From NCBI GenBank assembly GCA_013265495.1, contig MU058384.1, forward strand, positions 4,832,792 to 4,896,791: a DNA stretch of 64,000 nt, given 5' to 3'. The stretch is from Vicugna vicugna (lineage: Eukaryota). Of this stretch, positions 24,261 to 38,057 are shown one piece after another. Positions within the stretch are counted from its first letter, which is position 1, and every line of letters begins with the position of its first letter. Below the pieces are notes generated by a model that searched no databases, was not told the origin of the DNA, and saw only the letters and a program-made list of their open reading frames with translations. Both the position numbers and the translations under genes were made by a program.

Positions 24261-27104
24261 TCAGAGTAACCGCAAGGTCCAATGATAACAGCTCCAAAGA
24301 TGATTAGAGGGTGGTGTAGCCACATGTCGAGGCACCCAAGGAGGAGAGCTTTGAAAGTATAGTAGCCTGAAATCAGCAGCAGAGAGCTAAGAGGAGGCCA
24401 GTGTGAACTTCAGCCCCCGTGGTTTGTAGCCGGGTTGTGCGTGAATGAACAGCTTATGCTGCAAAGAACTGAAATAAATCCAATTCTTGGTAAAACTCAA
24501 ATATAGCAAGGATTTATGGAGATGGTTGCCTCTAACAGTATGGGGAATACAAGGGATACAGTTGAAAGGCCTGGCAGGGAATTTGACTATGGGGCAAATG
24601 CCACATGTGTAATAGTAAACATTGTTTGGAATTCACCAGATCTAAGAACTTAGAAGGATGTTAATATAAATTTACAACCTAAAGGTATGTAATTCACTGG
24701 GAGCTTTTGCAACATTGGCATAGAGCCACTGTGAAAGTTAACAAGATTTACAGTCTATGTCAGGAGCTGTGTAAGATGCTATGAAAGACACAGCCCTTAC
24801 TTGTACTGGCTTACTGGTATTCCCGACTGCATCATGATGACCTCTGAACGTGGGGTTACCTGACCCCCACCTTTGTTTGTTCCTGTTGAATAGCCTTGAG
24901 CTAATCCTGCTTCAGCCAGAGGAGATGCAAAGAACCCTGTCAGTATCTGACTTATGCTTCTTCCTGCTGCACCCGTGTTCCTGTGGATAAAGACTTCCTA
25001 CCCCCTTCCATGACTCCCCAGTTCTCGCTGCCTATGCCGCTCCTCTACCTAGAAGAATTCGCTGCATCAGAGTCTTAGTTTAGACTGTAATTGATTTTGT
25101 AATTTTCTGTGCCTTTGCTTTTCACAGACTGATCTCCATGCTTAAAATAGGTCTTTATATTCCTATCCCAACCAACAGTTCTTCACATACCCAACTTTAC
25201 CCTCGAGGTCTGCTTCAGGCTATCCCACTGCTAGCCAATCTCTAATTCTAATAGATCTCAAAGAACTTGTAGATATGAAAGTAAAACATTTAAAAACATA
25301 AATTAGGTAAAGCAAGGGAGTTGCAGAGGATAAGAATGCATTTAGGCAAGGGAATAGAAAAGTCAGGGAGAAGATGGAGCTTGAATTGGGCTTTAAAGCT
25401 TAAGGTACATGGATTTCTTTTGTTAAAGAACGTGATTTGATCGGCTTTATCAGAATCCATGTGTTGGAATAGAATCCTATGTATCTTTCCTGTTAGGAAT
25501 GTACCATGGGCGTAGTTAGACAATGGTTTACTTTCCTGGGGGAGAAGCTATAAAGAATGATCTACACTTCATGTGAGAAGTCCCTGAGGAACATTCTTGT
25601 TGTCCCAGGAAACCAAAGTGCGTTATGTGCACTCTGAGCCATGATGCCAACAGCCAGCCCTTGAGAAATATGTAACTGGGCTTCCTTGGCACCTGGTATA
25701 GTTCATTTCTTCAGTTTAGTCTCTTTATCAGAGTATGTATGGTTTGATTTTATCAAGATCCTGTCTTATAAACTTACCACAAAATCTACCAGATGTTTAA
25801 TTTCATATGCAAGTTTTATTTTTATTATCACCTATGAGATATGTTTAAAAAAAAAAGAACATGAAAAGTGGTCTTTGATAAGTGTCTAGAATTGGGGGAG
25901 GGTCCTAAGTTTGTTGGATTATAGAATTGGTGACATGGAAGGGACCTTAGATGTCACCCCTGGTGCATCTAGTCAGCTCCTTCACTTTGTAGGTGAGGAA
26001 ATGAAGATAGATCCAGAAAGGTTACAAGAGGTTCATTCAGAACAACACTCCTAGTAGGAGCTCGGGCTCCATGCTCTCAGGCCAGTGCCCTTTTCCCCCA
26101 CTGCCTACTCTGCAGCAGCGGCAGACAGCCGTTACCTGCGCATCTAGCCACCTTGTCCGTCACACTGCTTTCTGGCATCCCTGTTTCATGTTTGTTTCAT
26201 TGTACCTGTCTTCATGTGGAAGTCTTTAGAACTGTGTTCTCCATACTTTTTAAGGAAGACAAAAAAGGAAAGAAGCCTCCTCAGTAGTTTTCTTCTTTAA
26301 ATAATTTCTATTCAAACTATAGAATAAGAAGTAAAATTATACCTTTTAATACCTTGGCAGCTGCTGAATCTTGTAAGTTCTTCCAAGTGGAACACACCTG
26401 TTCTGTTGCTAAGTGTGCCAGGTACCTTCCCACTTTTCATCTGGTTCACTGAAATGTGAGTGGGTGAGGGCAGCATTTGGCTCTTCCACTGGAGGAGGAG
26501 GAGACCAATCTTGTTAGTTACTGTCTGCAATTTGCCTGAGTCCCCAGGTGAATTAACCTCTAGCACAGGCATATAGGAGGATAGTTTTCCTCAAGCTCAT
26601 TCCAGAACATTTTTATCACAGTGCGATGTAAATTTGCATCTTGTAGAAGGAAGAATATTGGTGCTATCAGGAAGAAAAGAAACTCAGAAGTTTTGGGGCA
26701 AAAAGTAGTGCTGACAACCTCTGTTTATTTGGGTTTATATCTTGAATCTTTTTTTTAAGGCTTTTTACTTTTGCTAGCCTAAGCATTAACCTTTTTCATT
26801 TATTTATTTGGAGAGGAATTTATTCATTGTAAGTTGTTATTAAAATTCCTTTAAAATTTTTTAAAATTATCTTAAGGATTTATACTATAAAAGTAAATGC
26901 ACTCAGCACTCATTTCTAAAGATAGTGTAAATGAAAAACAAAACTCTGTCCTGCTAATATTCATATTCACTCTTAACATTTTCTTGCATATCCTGTTAAA
27001 AATGTATTCTGCATATGTAAACATTCATGTCTTTGTTCATGTTCATTCTTTGCTTTGATGAAAATAGGATCATATTTAATATTTTTCACCACTGTATCTT
27101 GTAC

Positions 27105-28395
27105 ATCTTTTTTAATTTTTTGAAGTATAGTTGGCACACCATATTATGTTAGTTTCAGGTGTGCAACATACTGATTTGACATTTAAATACATTATGAAAT
27201 GATCACCACAGTAAGTCTAGTAACCATCTGTCACCATACAAAATTATTACGATGTTATTGACTATACTTCTTATGCTGTATATTACATCCCTGACTTATT
27301 TATTTTATGATTGGAAGTTTGTACCACATAATCCCCTTCAACTATTTCTCCCAGCCCCCCAGCTCCTTTTCCTCTGGCGACTACCAGTTTATTCTCTGTA
27401 TTTGTGAGCCTGGTTCTCTTTTGTTTGTTCATTTGTCTCGATTTTTAGATTCCACATGCAAGTGAAATCATAGGATATTTGTTTTTCTCTGCCTGGCTTA
27501 CTTCACTTAACACAATACCCTCTAGATCCATCTATGTTATCACAAATGGCAGGAACTGATTTTTATGGCTGAGTAATACTCCATTGTACATGTACCGTAT
27601 CTTTATCTGTTTGTCTATCAATGGACACCTAGGTTGCTTCATATCTTGGCTATTCTGAATAATGCTGCAGCAAACATAGCAGTGCATGTCTTTTCAAATT
27701 ACTATTTTTGTTTTCTTTGGGTGAATAACCCAGAAGTGGAACTGCTGCATTATAGGTTAGTTCTAGTTTTAATTTTTGAGGAACCTCCCTACTGTTTTCC
27801 ATAGTGGCTGCACCAATTTATGTTGCCACCAACAGTGCACAAAGGTTTGCTTTTCTTCATACTTCTCTCCAGTAATTGTTATTTGTTGTCTGTTTGATGA
27901 TAGCCATTCTGACAGGTGTGAGGTGATACCTCATTGTGGTTTTAATTTGCATTTCCCTGATGATTACTGATGTTGAGCATCTTTTCACGTACCTGTTGGT
28001 CATATGTATGTCTTCTTTGGAAACATGTCTATTAAGATCCTCTGCCCATTTTTCAGTTGGATTGTTTGTTTGATATTAGGTTGCATGAGTTCTTTATATA
28101 TTTTGGGTATTAACCCTTTATTAGATATATCACTTGCAGATATCTTCTCCCACTCAGTGGGTTGGTTGCCTTTTCATTTTGTTGATGGTTTCCTTCTCTG
28201 CGCTAAGATTTTTTATCAAGATATAGTACCATTTGTTGATTTTTGGTTTTGTTGCCCTTGTCTGAGGAGACAGATCCAAAAAAATATGACTGAGACTCAT
28301 GTCAGAGTGTTTACTGCCTGTGTTTTCATCTAGAAGTTTTATGGTTTCAGTGCTTACATTTAAGTCTCTAATTCATTTTGAGTTTATCGTTATAT
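27105..28395 (-). mobile_element. L1MA-like 3' fragment (about 1.3 kb)
   Basis: T-tail, gaagtatagttg...aaatgatcaccacagtaagtctagtaacc, then ORF2 3' end (ccatagtggctgcaccaattta, gatagccattctgacaggtgtgagg). Confidence 0.9.
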
Positions 28396-30969
28396 ATATT
28401 GGATATCTATTCTTATTAGCACAGACAGTTTTGTTATTTTAATAGTTTCAAGATACTGAAATGCCAGTTATCTTTTGTTTGGCTCCTGAAATACCCAGGT
28501 TTTTTTTTTTTTAATTTCTGAAAATGCTTGATTTTCTTTTTTTCTTTTCAATTTCTAAAAAAATGAAACCATGGCAGAAGAGTACCATCTACCATCAATA
28601 GACTTTTTGACATTAACACAACCAATTATGTTTTTGTATAAATATGAAGTATATAGTAATAATTATGCATAGGAATGTTAGATTATTTCTGTGAATGTGG
28701 AGAAATTACTGTGATGTTTTACTTGTCTTTCTCTAAAACCTCATTAAATGAATAATAGTTATTGGTTTTTCTATTCCAAGATAGTTATTGAAATATCCAT
28801 TATAGTTCTTCTCTTCATGTAAGAAAAATATTTTAATTATTTTCAGTATTTTACTTAACATATACAGTCAGTGAGAGCAGGCTGGGTTAATTCAAAAAAG
28901 CTGGCTTCCAAACCAAACTGTGTACTCCAGTTATATTCAGGAACAGCTGTTTTCTTGTCTAGTCCAAAATAAGAACAGAGAACGCAAAAGCATCAGATAA
29001 CACCATGATAGTTCCTCTTCCAGCCAAACACATGCAACCAAATTTTACATTGGTAATTCTGTCAGCCTATCAGAAAAACAGTTGGCAATGAACAAGTTGC
29101 CCTGAATGTGCATGTATCTGCCTTAGCCTACAAAATACCTGATTTTCATTTACCCTCTTCATCCCAAAGGCAGACAGTTTATTAAAGCCTGGATTAATTG
29201 TGCTCTATAGCACTATTTTCAGAAGCCACTCCATATAGAAAAAGCTTTTCCCATTTACTTCTTCTTGTACCAAGAGTGCATCTGAATTATTATTAATCGT
29301 AGGAATGACATGATTTTATTACTGTGTTAAAGTCCAGCAACAAATTTGTAATAGACAGTGGTAGCAGATTTTCCAGCTGCCTAAATTTAGTGTACACTAA
29401 ATCATTACAATCTTAATTATTATTGCCTCCTTCCTAATGCTAAAGAGTAATATCAACTTATATCCTTTTTACTTTAGTCCATTCTGTTTATCAAATACAG
29501 TTGATTTAATCTCTAATTTATATTAGATAGATAAAAATGAATGTATGCTTGGATTTGCTATGAAATTTCAGGAATATTAGCATTTTGTTTCTTTATCTGA
29601 AGAGAACTAAGTCAAAATTTTAACTTATAAGTAGATTGAAACTTAAGTGCTTATTTGTGTGCCATGAAGAACCTCAGTGCAGACAACACTGCTGTGTATT
29701 TTCTTTTTTCCCCATAACTTATTTCAATAATTTATACATATTTTGAGGAAAAAAGTGTAATTTTCATTTGGAAAATATCTTTTGGTCTAGAGAGATACCA
29801 TGTCCTGCCGAGAAAGTGAGTGGGACCTGATGACGTGACAGCAGAGCCAGGGTCAGTCACCACACACCCACACATTCCACCCCTGACAGTAAAGCCCCCT
29901 AGAGTTCTACGTACAGGAAGTCTCAGAGCCTCCAGAATCCCTCCTGCCCTGAAAGGAACCCAGAAGGACTTGCCTCTCTAAAAAGTATGGTAACTAGTTT
30001 TATACGCATTCTCCTTTCACACCGTGGCCTCAGCCATTGTCCATGGCATGTGTGCCAAGTTTATGCCTTATCTCGTCCCCCCACAGCTGTGTCTCTTGCT
30101 ACTTTGGGCAGTTCCTTTCTGTGTTTCTAGGACCCTCTTACTCTCCATAGAGTGAGACCCCACAGACTACTTGCCTTTTCACTTTCTCTCTCCTGGGAAC
30201 AGGACCCAGATCATTTTGCCAGTGATTCTGAAATAAAGGGGCTGTGAAATAATCCCTCTGTACTCTCCATCCCAAAACGAGGTTTGGGAAATGTTTCATT
30301 TTCTTGAAGTCTTCCAAACTCCCATTACTTAACATGTATATAAAATAACATAAGGACAGAGTTGTTTTCCAGTTTAGCAACCCACTGATAATTATTCACG
30401 TAGTTGAGTCTCTGACCCCATCCCCCATCACATCTCATTTTCCTATACAAATCTTCTGAGAAAACTTGATTTAAAGATTAATATAAATTCTCAGTAAAGA
30501 TTTCATAATTGTTTCAATAAACCATTAATACATGTTTGTAGAACTCCTTCATGACTCTGAGAAGGCAAACTTGGATTTTAATCTTTGAATGATGATGAGA
30601 TATATAAAAGTATAAAATAAATGATGTACTGGATCAAACCAGTGTTCCCCTTGGCACAGTACTCTCTCTGACAGTGACTTTAAGGGTTGTTTGCTAGAAC
30701 AATACAATGTTTGTTCTTCATGATGTTATTTTCAAAAGTTAACCTAAATATCAATAAGATCCCTCTTACAATCTATTACAAATCTGAAATGTGAAAGATG
30801 TTATTGAGAGAACTTCCCACCAATCATTCCTAGCCATAAATGGCCCTTTAGATAGTGGCAGAATTGATTATTATCAATTACCCTGTCTTCTGACTTGACA
30901 ATCAGCAGGACCTTTTTTCAGAAGTTCTCTGATACCCTAACTCTGCTGTCCTCTTGTTTTGTCAAGCAC

Positions 30970-31212
30970 TCCAGGGTTTCTCAACCCTGGCACTGCTGGC
31001 ATTTGGGGCTAGATGGTTCTTTGTTTGGGGAAAACATGTGCATTGTAGGAAGTTTAGCAGCATCCCTGGCCTCTATCGATGGGATGCCTGAAGCACTAAC
31101 CCCCCTCCCCAGTTGTGACAATCAAAATGTCTTCTAGAATTGCCAGATTTCCCCTGGGGTGAAGGAGGTCTCAGTTACCCCACTCCCACCCCAGAGCTGA
31201 GAACTCCTGCTC
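30970..31212. mobile_element. MER20-like DNA transposon
   Basis: cagggtttctcaaccctggcactgctggcatttgggg...agcagcatccctggcctcta...gttgtgacaatcaaaatgtc...tgagaac. Confidence 0.85.
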
Positions 31213-32722
31213 TATTTAATAGAAAAATATGTATAATACATAGTATTTTATACATATACATAAATGGATATAAGTGTGTCTTTCCTTAAATTATGTATCT
31301 GCTTTTAAGATTTTGTTAAGGAAATTTTGTTTTTATTTTTCCATTACGTGCAAGTATATAAGTAGTGGTGTTAGAATTATAGACTACCCTACCTAAAAAC
31401 GACTTCACAAAAAGATGTATCCAGTTATGTGAGGCTCAATGTGATGAATCTATATAAAATGTCTTGATTAAATTTAGGTATCTCTTGACTACCATGTATT
31501 TCCTTTGCTTAAGAAATTAACTATATGCTAATATTTACATAAACTACGGAGGATTAACTGCTGATGTTCTTACTGTTATTACGTAGCAGTCCCAATAATG
31601 TGGTCATAGCTATCTCTGATTTTAACATGGCTCTCCTTCAGTTGACATAAGAAGAGAAGAATCTTTTTTTATTTGAATATCTTTTTTGTTCTCACAAACC
31701 ACATGCACAGTGAAAGGTGTCTGAACATATTGGAACAGATTGGCTTGTATCTCTCATTCACTAAACTTTTTTGTGCTTGATGAGTCTTTTCTTTCTTTTT
31801 ACCCCAACTTCTGCCTCCCTGTTACTGTGGGTGTGTTTAAGCAGCAGCCTCTGACACACCGCTGTATCTCACACGGAGATAGAATGTTTTATCGACCCCC
31901 AGAGGTTGATGTCTCCCTTGTGAGGAAATGCTCTCGGTCCACGTCCTGCCAGCTTGCAGAGTCACTGACTGGAAAGCAGTATCGTTCCCAAGATCACTGT
32001 AGAAAACATTCCTGGGCCAAGATCATGGAGGCTGTGTTGCCCTGTCCTTAAACTCACTGGCAGGCATAGGTCTAAATTACATTTCAAATTGAATTTTTCC
32101 ATATGAATAATCTTATTATCTGAGTCACATTTTTTATCACAACTTTTATAATTACTTCAAATACCATGTATATTTAGTCTGCTATAACTGATATATGTGT
32201 ACATGATAAATATCGTAAAACAAAAATGGTTTGTGCTTTAGTACACATGGTTGAAGAAGACAACTAAAGAACAAATTTTAAAGTGACATACCAGTTTTGT
32301 TTAAACTAATAAGAATATATATACATATGTATACATACTGGGACAATGTAGAATAAGGAATCAGCCTTTTAGATTGGGCTGCAGAAAGGCCAGCTAGAAC
32401 CTCCATTTGTTCAAAGGAATCCTTTTTTCTCCCATAATCTCGTAGCACATTGTCTTTTACCGCATTTATCACCTGCTAACTTAGTGCCAAGTTATGTATA
32501 CATATATTTGCCCTTGCTAAATTATGAGCCTGAGACTTACTGTGTCTGTTTAATATTGTTTGTTGGGAGGGAAATCGAAGTTCTTAGTGGACAGCGTTGG
32601 TACAAATTGAGATTCGAATCAGAGGAAGGGAAGAAGGAGAAAGGAGACAGTAGAGGTCACAGCAGTCCCTGGCAACTAAGCAGTACTAAGTCAGCTTCAG
32701 ACACACAAATCAAGAACTAGCC

Positions 32723-32926
32723 ATAAACAGCAAGGTCCTACTGTATAGCACAGGGAACTATATCCAACATCTTGTAATAAACTGTAATGGAAAAGAATAT
32801 ATATATGTGTATATATACACACACACACTTATATAATATATGTATATATGTATCTGAATCACTTTGCTATACACCAGGAACTAACACAACATTGTAAATC
32901 AATTATACTTCAATTTAAAAAAAAAA
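32723..32926 (+). mobile_element. Artiodactyl-type L1 3' end fragment with A tail
   Basis: ataaacagcaaggtcctactgtatagcacagggaactat...aacacaacattgtaaatcaattatacttcaatt(A)n. Confidence 0.88.
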
Positions 32927-33479
32927 TTAGTCCTGAGGTCTCCTACCTTCAGAAATTACTGGTTCGATATATATGAGATTAATAGTTCTCAAACTGCTAG
33001 GCTTCAGAATCACTTTGGGCACTTCTGTAAAAATACCAGTGCCCAGACTCTACCCTAAACAAGCTAATCTTTGGGAGATATTCCTTTATATTTCTGAAAG
33101 CTCCTTTGTACACACAGAGTTACCGAATTTTGCTGGAGAATGTTCTTCTAACCTCATCAGAGGAATAATATATCTATGTCAGTCCCTTTGATCGCAGGGT
33201 ATAACTTCCAGTGGACCTGACTGTGTAGCAGTCTATAAGCCGTTACACATAGCCAGGTGAAACCAGTGGGAGTCAACTTTCCAACATTCATATTCCCCTC
33301 AAAGTTCCCACCTTAGTACTTTACATATAGTATATTCTCAGTAAGTGATTACAATTTTGATTGAGGCAGAGCTCCCAAAAAACTTCATAGATTTGTCAAG
33401 GAATAAGCTTAGGAAATGTAGCAGCTAAGGACAGTAAGTTAAAAATTTGGTGGATGCACAGAAACTACGATGAAAAATA

Positions 33480-34138
33480 TAGTCAGTTCTTGTTATTTAC
33501 AGTTGTTACGTTCTATGAAGTCACCATGAACACTGAATTAGTGAATTCTAAACCAATGCTCGCAGAGGAAATACACGATTAGGTTCCTGAGAGCCTGTGG
33601 TCACATTTTCATCAACTGATCAATACTTAACCTTGTTTTATGTGTGTTTCTGTTTAAAGACACTTTATTTAATATCGTCGATCCATTAAAATTGAACTCA
33701 TGCTCTGTAACCTGCAGCTGAATGAAGCTTAACTAACACATATATTTTATTTGTGAGGCACATCAGCTTCTTGCACTTAGTCACACTGGACAGCACTTCA
33801 ACACTATGCTTAGGTACCATTTAAAAAAATAACCAACAAAAATGCACAAAAGTGCAAAAATCTATGACACTAAATAGACCACAAAAAGGACACTTATTTA
33901 CTGCATGAGAGCTGAAGTAGTAAGACAGAGCATTAGAAACATGCCAAAGCATTAGAAGGTCCTGAAGTTCCGACCTCAGCTGGAAATGTGTGCATTGGGC
34001 AGCTCAGGTCTGTCCCCACTCTGCACCAGTGCACGTGTTCCACTGGGAAAACACCACACGCTTTGATTTGGGGCTTACTAACAGAGTTTAGTGAGCAGGC
34101 GAATTTGCAAGTATGGACTCCACAAATAGGATTAGCTG
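33480..34138. mobile_element. MER82-like TcMar-Tigger DNA transposon
   Basis: agtcagttcttgttatt...gaacactgaattagtgaat...taaatagacc...gcgaatttgcaa...ggattagctg, bounded by TA. Confidence 0.8.
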
Positions 34139-37100
34139 TAGTTTGAAACTTTATTAAAAGTACATTGTGGTTTTATAAAACCTGTAAGTCTTTATAAAGA
34201 TGAAGAAGGAGAAAGTCAGACATAGGAAATGGGATCAAAAGGAAAGATGTAACCTACTACTCCTAGCATGGCTCATGCATATGACTTTTTTCTTCTATCC
34301 CTTTCCTCCTCTTTGGGTGAAAATAAAAGGGCTAAAAATTGTTTGAAGGCAAGGATTATGTTTAATTTAAAATTGAATTCCCAGCATCTTGCACAGAGCA
34401 GGTTTACAGTAAATGTTCATTGAATGAAGGAAGGATCAGGTAAACAAATAGGAGCAGCCGTACTGAGGTATTTATTAATCTTCCAGACAGAGCTGACCCT
34501 GCTGCAGACCTCAGTGGTGGTGGCTTTGCACACGAGCGGATGGTCAGCAGTATGCAGAGGGCCACGTGGACTTGATAAAGCTGGCAGGTCTCCTTCAGTC
34601 TCTCCAGTTTCCTTCCCTCACCTCCCATCACTTGGGAATAGTTCAGTCTCGAAAGAGGCAGGAGATGACCCAGATGATTCTTATAGTTTGCAGAATTTTT
34701 TCTTTAAAAAAGAGGAAGGTGGCTAGCATGCTGATGTTTCCTACCTTGTTGGTTATCTGCCATCAGTTTTCTCTCTCCCTAAACCAGGTCACTTAGACCA
34801 GCAGGAAATAAATGCATGGAAGCAACAGTTACTTAGCAGTTTGATGCCAGACATGTACAGGGCACTTGGAATGTGTGACTTGGCATACAGGTTTTACCAG
34901 TCCCCAGGCCTGGGGGTAAACCAGTTATCCATCTCTCTCACTTCCACTCTTCTATCATTGCTAAAGAAAAGTATGTAATTGTGGTGGTTGTCTCTGTGCT
35001 GTATTTGTGATTCCCAGTCTCAGTGAGGCCCATGATCATCTTCTTGTTCTTCCCGACTCCTTACCCCATTCTATACAGTGTCTGGTCAAAATCAGGTCCA
35101 CATTTCTCAGGCTCCTGACCTCTCAGTCCAGGCTGACTTTGTCTCCGTGCTTTCTTGAAGTTACTCAATGTTAATTCCCTCAACATCTCATCTGTACTTT
35201 CTATTTCTGTAACTTTACCTTCCTTCTCCATCTGCTTTCAGGTCTCAAAGCCCTGCCCTCCTTTCTGTGTCTGACCTCTCCACTTGTATTTTTGGTTATT
35301 TTCCCCTCCCACATTCTTCTAGCCCTCACTCAGCTGGTGATCTCCATCCTCACTCCTCCACCCCTTTGGTGTCTTCATCGCCTGCTGTTTTTCCTGGCAC
35401 TGTGGTAGAATGTTGTCTGGATGGTGTAATGGTGAGTTAAACAGAAATAGTCCCTCCACTTACAGAACTTACGGCCTAATGAGTGAAAGTAACTGTAATT
35501 AATGAGTCATCAAGCTATATAAGCAGTGAAAGGACAGTGAAGGGAAGCTGTGAGGCCTTGTGGTGAGTAGTAGATGGGTTGGTTTTTATAAGGTATTGGG
35601 AGGGAGGGGAGTGCAGAGGAGGATACAGTTGAGGCATTAGAAACAGCTGGTGCAGAAGCCCTCAAGTGGCCAGAAATGCTCATCAGAGAAACTGAAAAAC
35701 CAGCTGGTCACAGGGGGACGAGACAAGGGATAAAGCACAGGTTGGAGGGAGGAGCTCTTTCCAGCAGATTACAGACCATGTAAAGAAATACTCCGTACCC
35801 CAGTGTTCTGGGTCATTAACACCATTGTCTCCGCTGTTTTCTTTCCTTAATGTTTGTAACAGTGCACTTACCTCTCCTTTTCCTCTCTCGTTCTTTGACT
35901 TTACCTGCTACTATAATACAAGCCTTCACCAAGATGTATATTGCATGTTTTTTTGTTGTTTTTTTATTTTTCTCTAACATTTTTTTTCTGGATTATCCTC
36001 TTCCCCTATAATTTCACATATTCCTTTGGTATTTCAGATATCTCAAATTTTACGTCTGTAACCCTGTCTCCTGTTCTGAATTGCCCAAGTGTATTTCTAA
36101 CTGCCTACTAGAAATTTTCACATAGACATCATTCTGAAATATCTAGTCCAGTATTCTCAAAACCAAATCCATTTTTAAAAACCTGGCTTTTTTCTTCTAT
36201 ATTCCAGTGTGTTAATAGAATCGTCATCTACCTTCATCTTTAAGGAGTTCTCTCTTGAAAAACTAGACAGTCAGACATCAGGGATTTTTACAGCATAATA
36301 GTCTGAGTGTTTTGATAGAGTTCTACATGAAATGCAGGAGAGCAGATAGAAACGTCCCCTGACCTAAGATTAATGAGGTCAGGAAAGGCTTTCCAGAAGG
36401 GTTGATTCCCAAATTGAGTTTTATGGGAGGAAGGGCATTCCAGACAGACTGAACAGATCAGCATGGCACCCGGGCCAGCCTGAGTATTTCATCATGGCTG
36501 TAGTCTAGGATGCAAAGTTAAAGACAGAAAGAGCTGAGCCTGAACAAGGGGACAGGATCAGGAAGATCCTTGTATGGCATGTTAAGGAGCTGGATTTTGT
36601 CCTGAAGATAGTAAGGAACCACTGAAGGATTTAAAGCATGGAGGATGACATGATCAAATCAGTTGTTTCAAAAGCTCATTCTAGAAGCTCTGAGAAGACA
36701 AGAAAAAAAGCAGTTCTAAAGGAAATAAGACCAGGAGAGGCTGTTGTAGTAATCCACACCAAACATAAAGAGACAGTGGGGTTTGGTGACTAAATCCATA
36801 TGAAGGAAAACGAGAAATCTAGGTTTCTAATGTGAACATCTTGGTGTGTAAGAATTGAAGGGGAATTTCAATCTGAGACTCGATGTCTGTAGTACCTGCA
36901 GTAGCCAATGTAGACCTCTCATGGGCATCTACGGGACTTGGGAGAGATTTGCTGAAAACTCGAACTTGCAATGCAGTTCTGATGAAAATGTTTGACTCCA
37001 AGTGCATCTGCAGAAAAACTGTTGTATTTACAAGATTTACTGAAAACTGACAATTGCCAGGTCATTGTCTGGGTTCAGGGTATTGATTTGGAAGTCATCC

Positions 37101-37935
37101 ATACTGGTCGAATCCATGGGAGCAGAGGAGTGTGCAGAATAAAAAGGACAGAGGGTAGAAGGCATTAAGTAAGGGTGCAAGTTTTTTTAAAGAGTGAGGG
37201 GGAGGAGCTTCGAGAGGAGATGGCTATGAAACAGCCCCCTGCCTCTGCCTACCGCAGTCTCCATTCTCCCGTTCTTCAGTCTTTACTGCACCGTTTACCT
37301 CCTCCTGGAGCTGCCTTTCTAAAATGGAAATCAGCTCATGTGATTTACCAGCTCATCTTAGTTGGTGCTTCATTTGTCTTTAAAGTCCAAATCTTGTAAG
37401 TAATCTAGCTCTCATCCCTCAAAAACTGAATAGCAGTTCTGCCCTACTTTTCCTCATCTTCCAAAACACCCTCCTAAGTATGCTGCCCTGCAGACACAAA
37501 GCCTCAAACCTTTGCTTACCCTGTTTTCTCCAGCTGTGTATTTTTTGTGCTGCTCCTGTTATCAGAACTTCAGTTTATCCCTTAAGATAGCTGAATGTCC
37601 CTCTTCTGTGAATCCTTGTCAAAAGCCTCCAGTTACAATTCAAGACTTCTGTTCTTTTATATATGCACATTTTTTTTACCTTTATCACAATGTGTATCTC
37701 CCTCTGCCTTATTGGTTGTATCCATGCCTTTTCCCATTAGAGTCTAAGCTCTTAGAGCCCACTTAGCTTTGTATCCCTAGGTACCCAGCACCATGCCTCG
37801 CCTCCAGAGTGGTGTTCCCTAAGTATTTGTTGTTACTGTTTTTAATTGGCACGGTTAGTATTTGAAACTACATATCATGAATCAAGATGAAGATCTTCAC
37901 TTTTTGTTTTAATATACTTCTAGAAACTGCATCTT

Positions 37936-38057
37936 TTTGTGGGGAGGGGGGTAATTAGGTTTTTATTTATTTATGTTAATGGCGGTGCTGGGGATTGAAC
38001 CCAGGACCTCCTGCATGCTAAGCATGCACTCTACCACTGAACTATACCCTCTTCCTT
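37936..38057 (-). mobile_element. tRNA-Ala-derived SINE (camelid vic-1 type)
   Basis: Minus strand reads GGGTATAGTTCAGTGGTAGAGTGCATGCTTAGCATGCAGGAGGTCCTGGGTTCAATCCCCAG plus an AT-rich tail. Perfect TSD TAGAAACTGCATCTT at 37921-37935 and 38058-38072. Confidence 0.88.

Noticed and set aside
37975..38052. Functional tRNA-Ala gene
   Set aside because: Has an AT-rich tail, TSD and mismatched stems, so it is a SINE.
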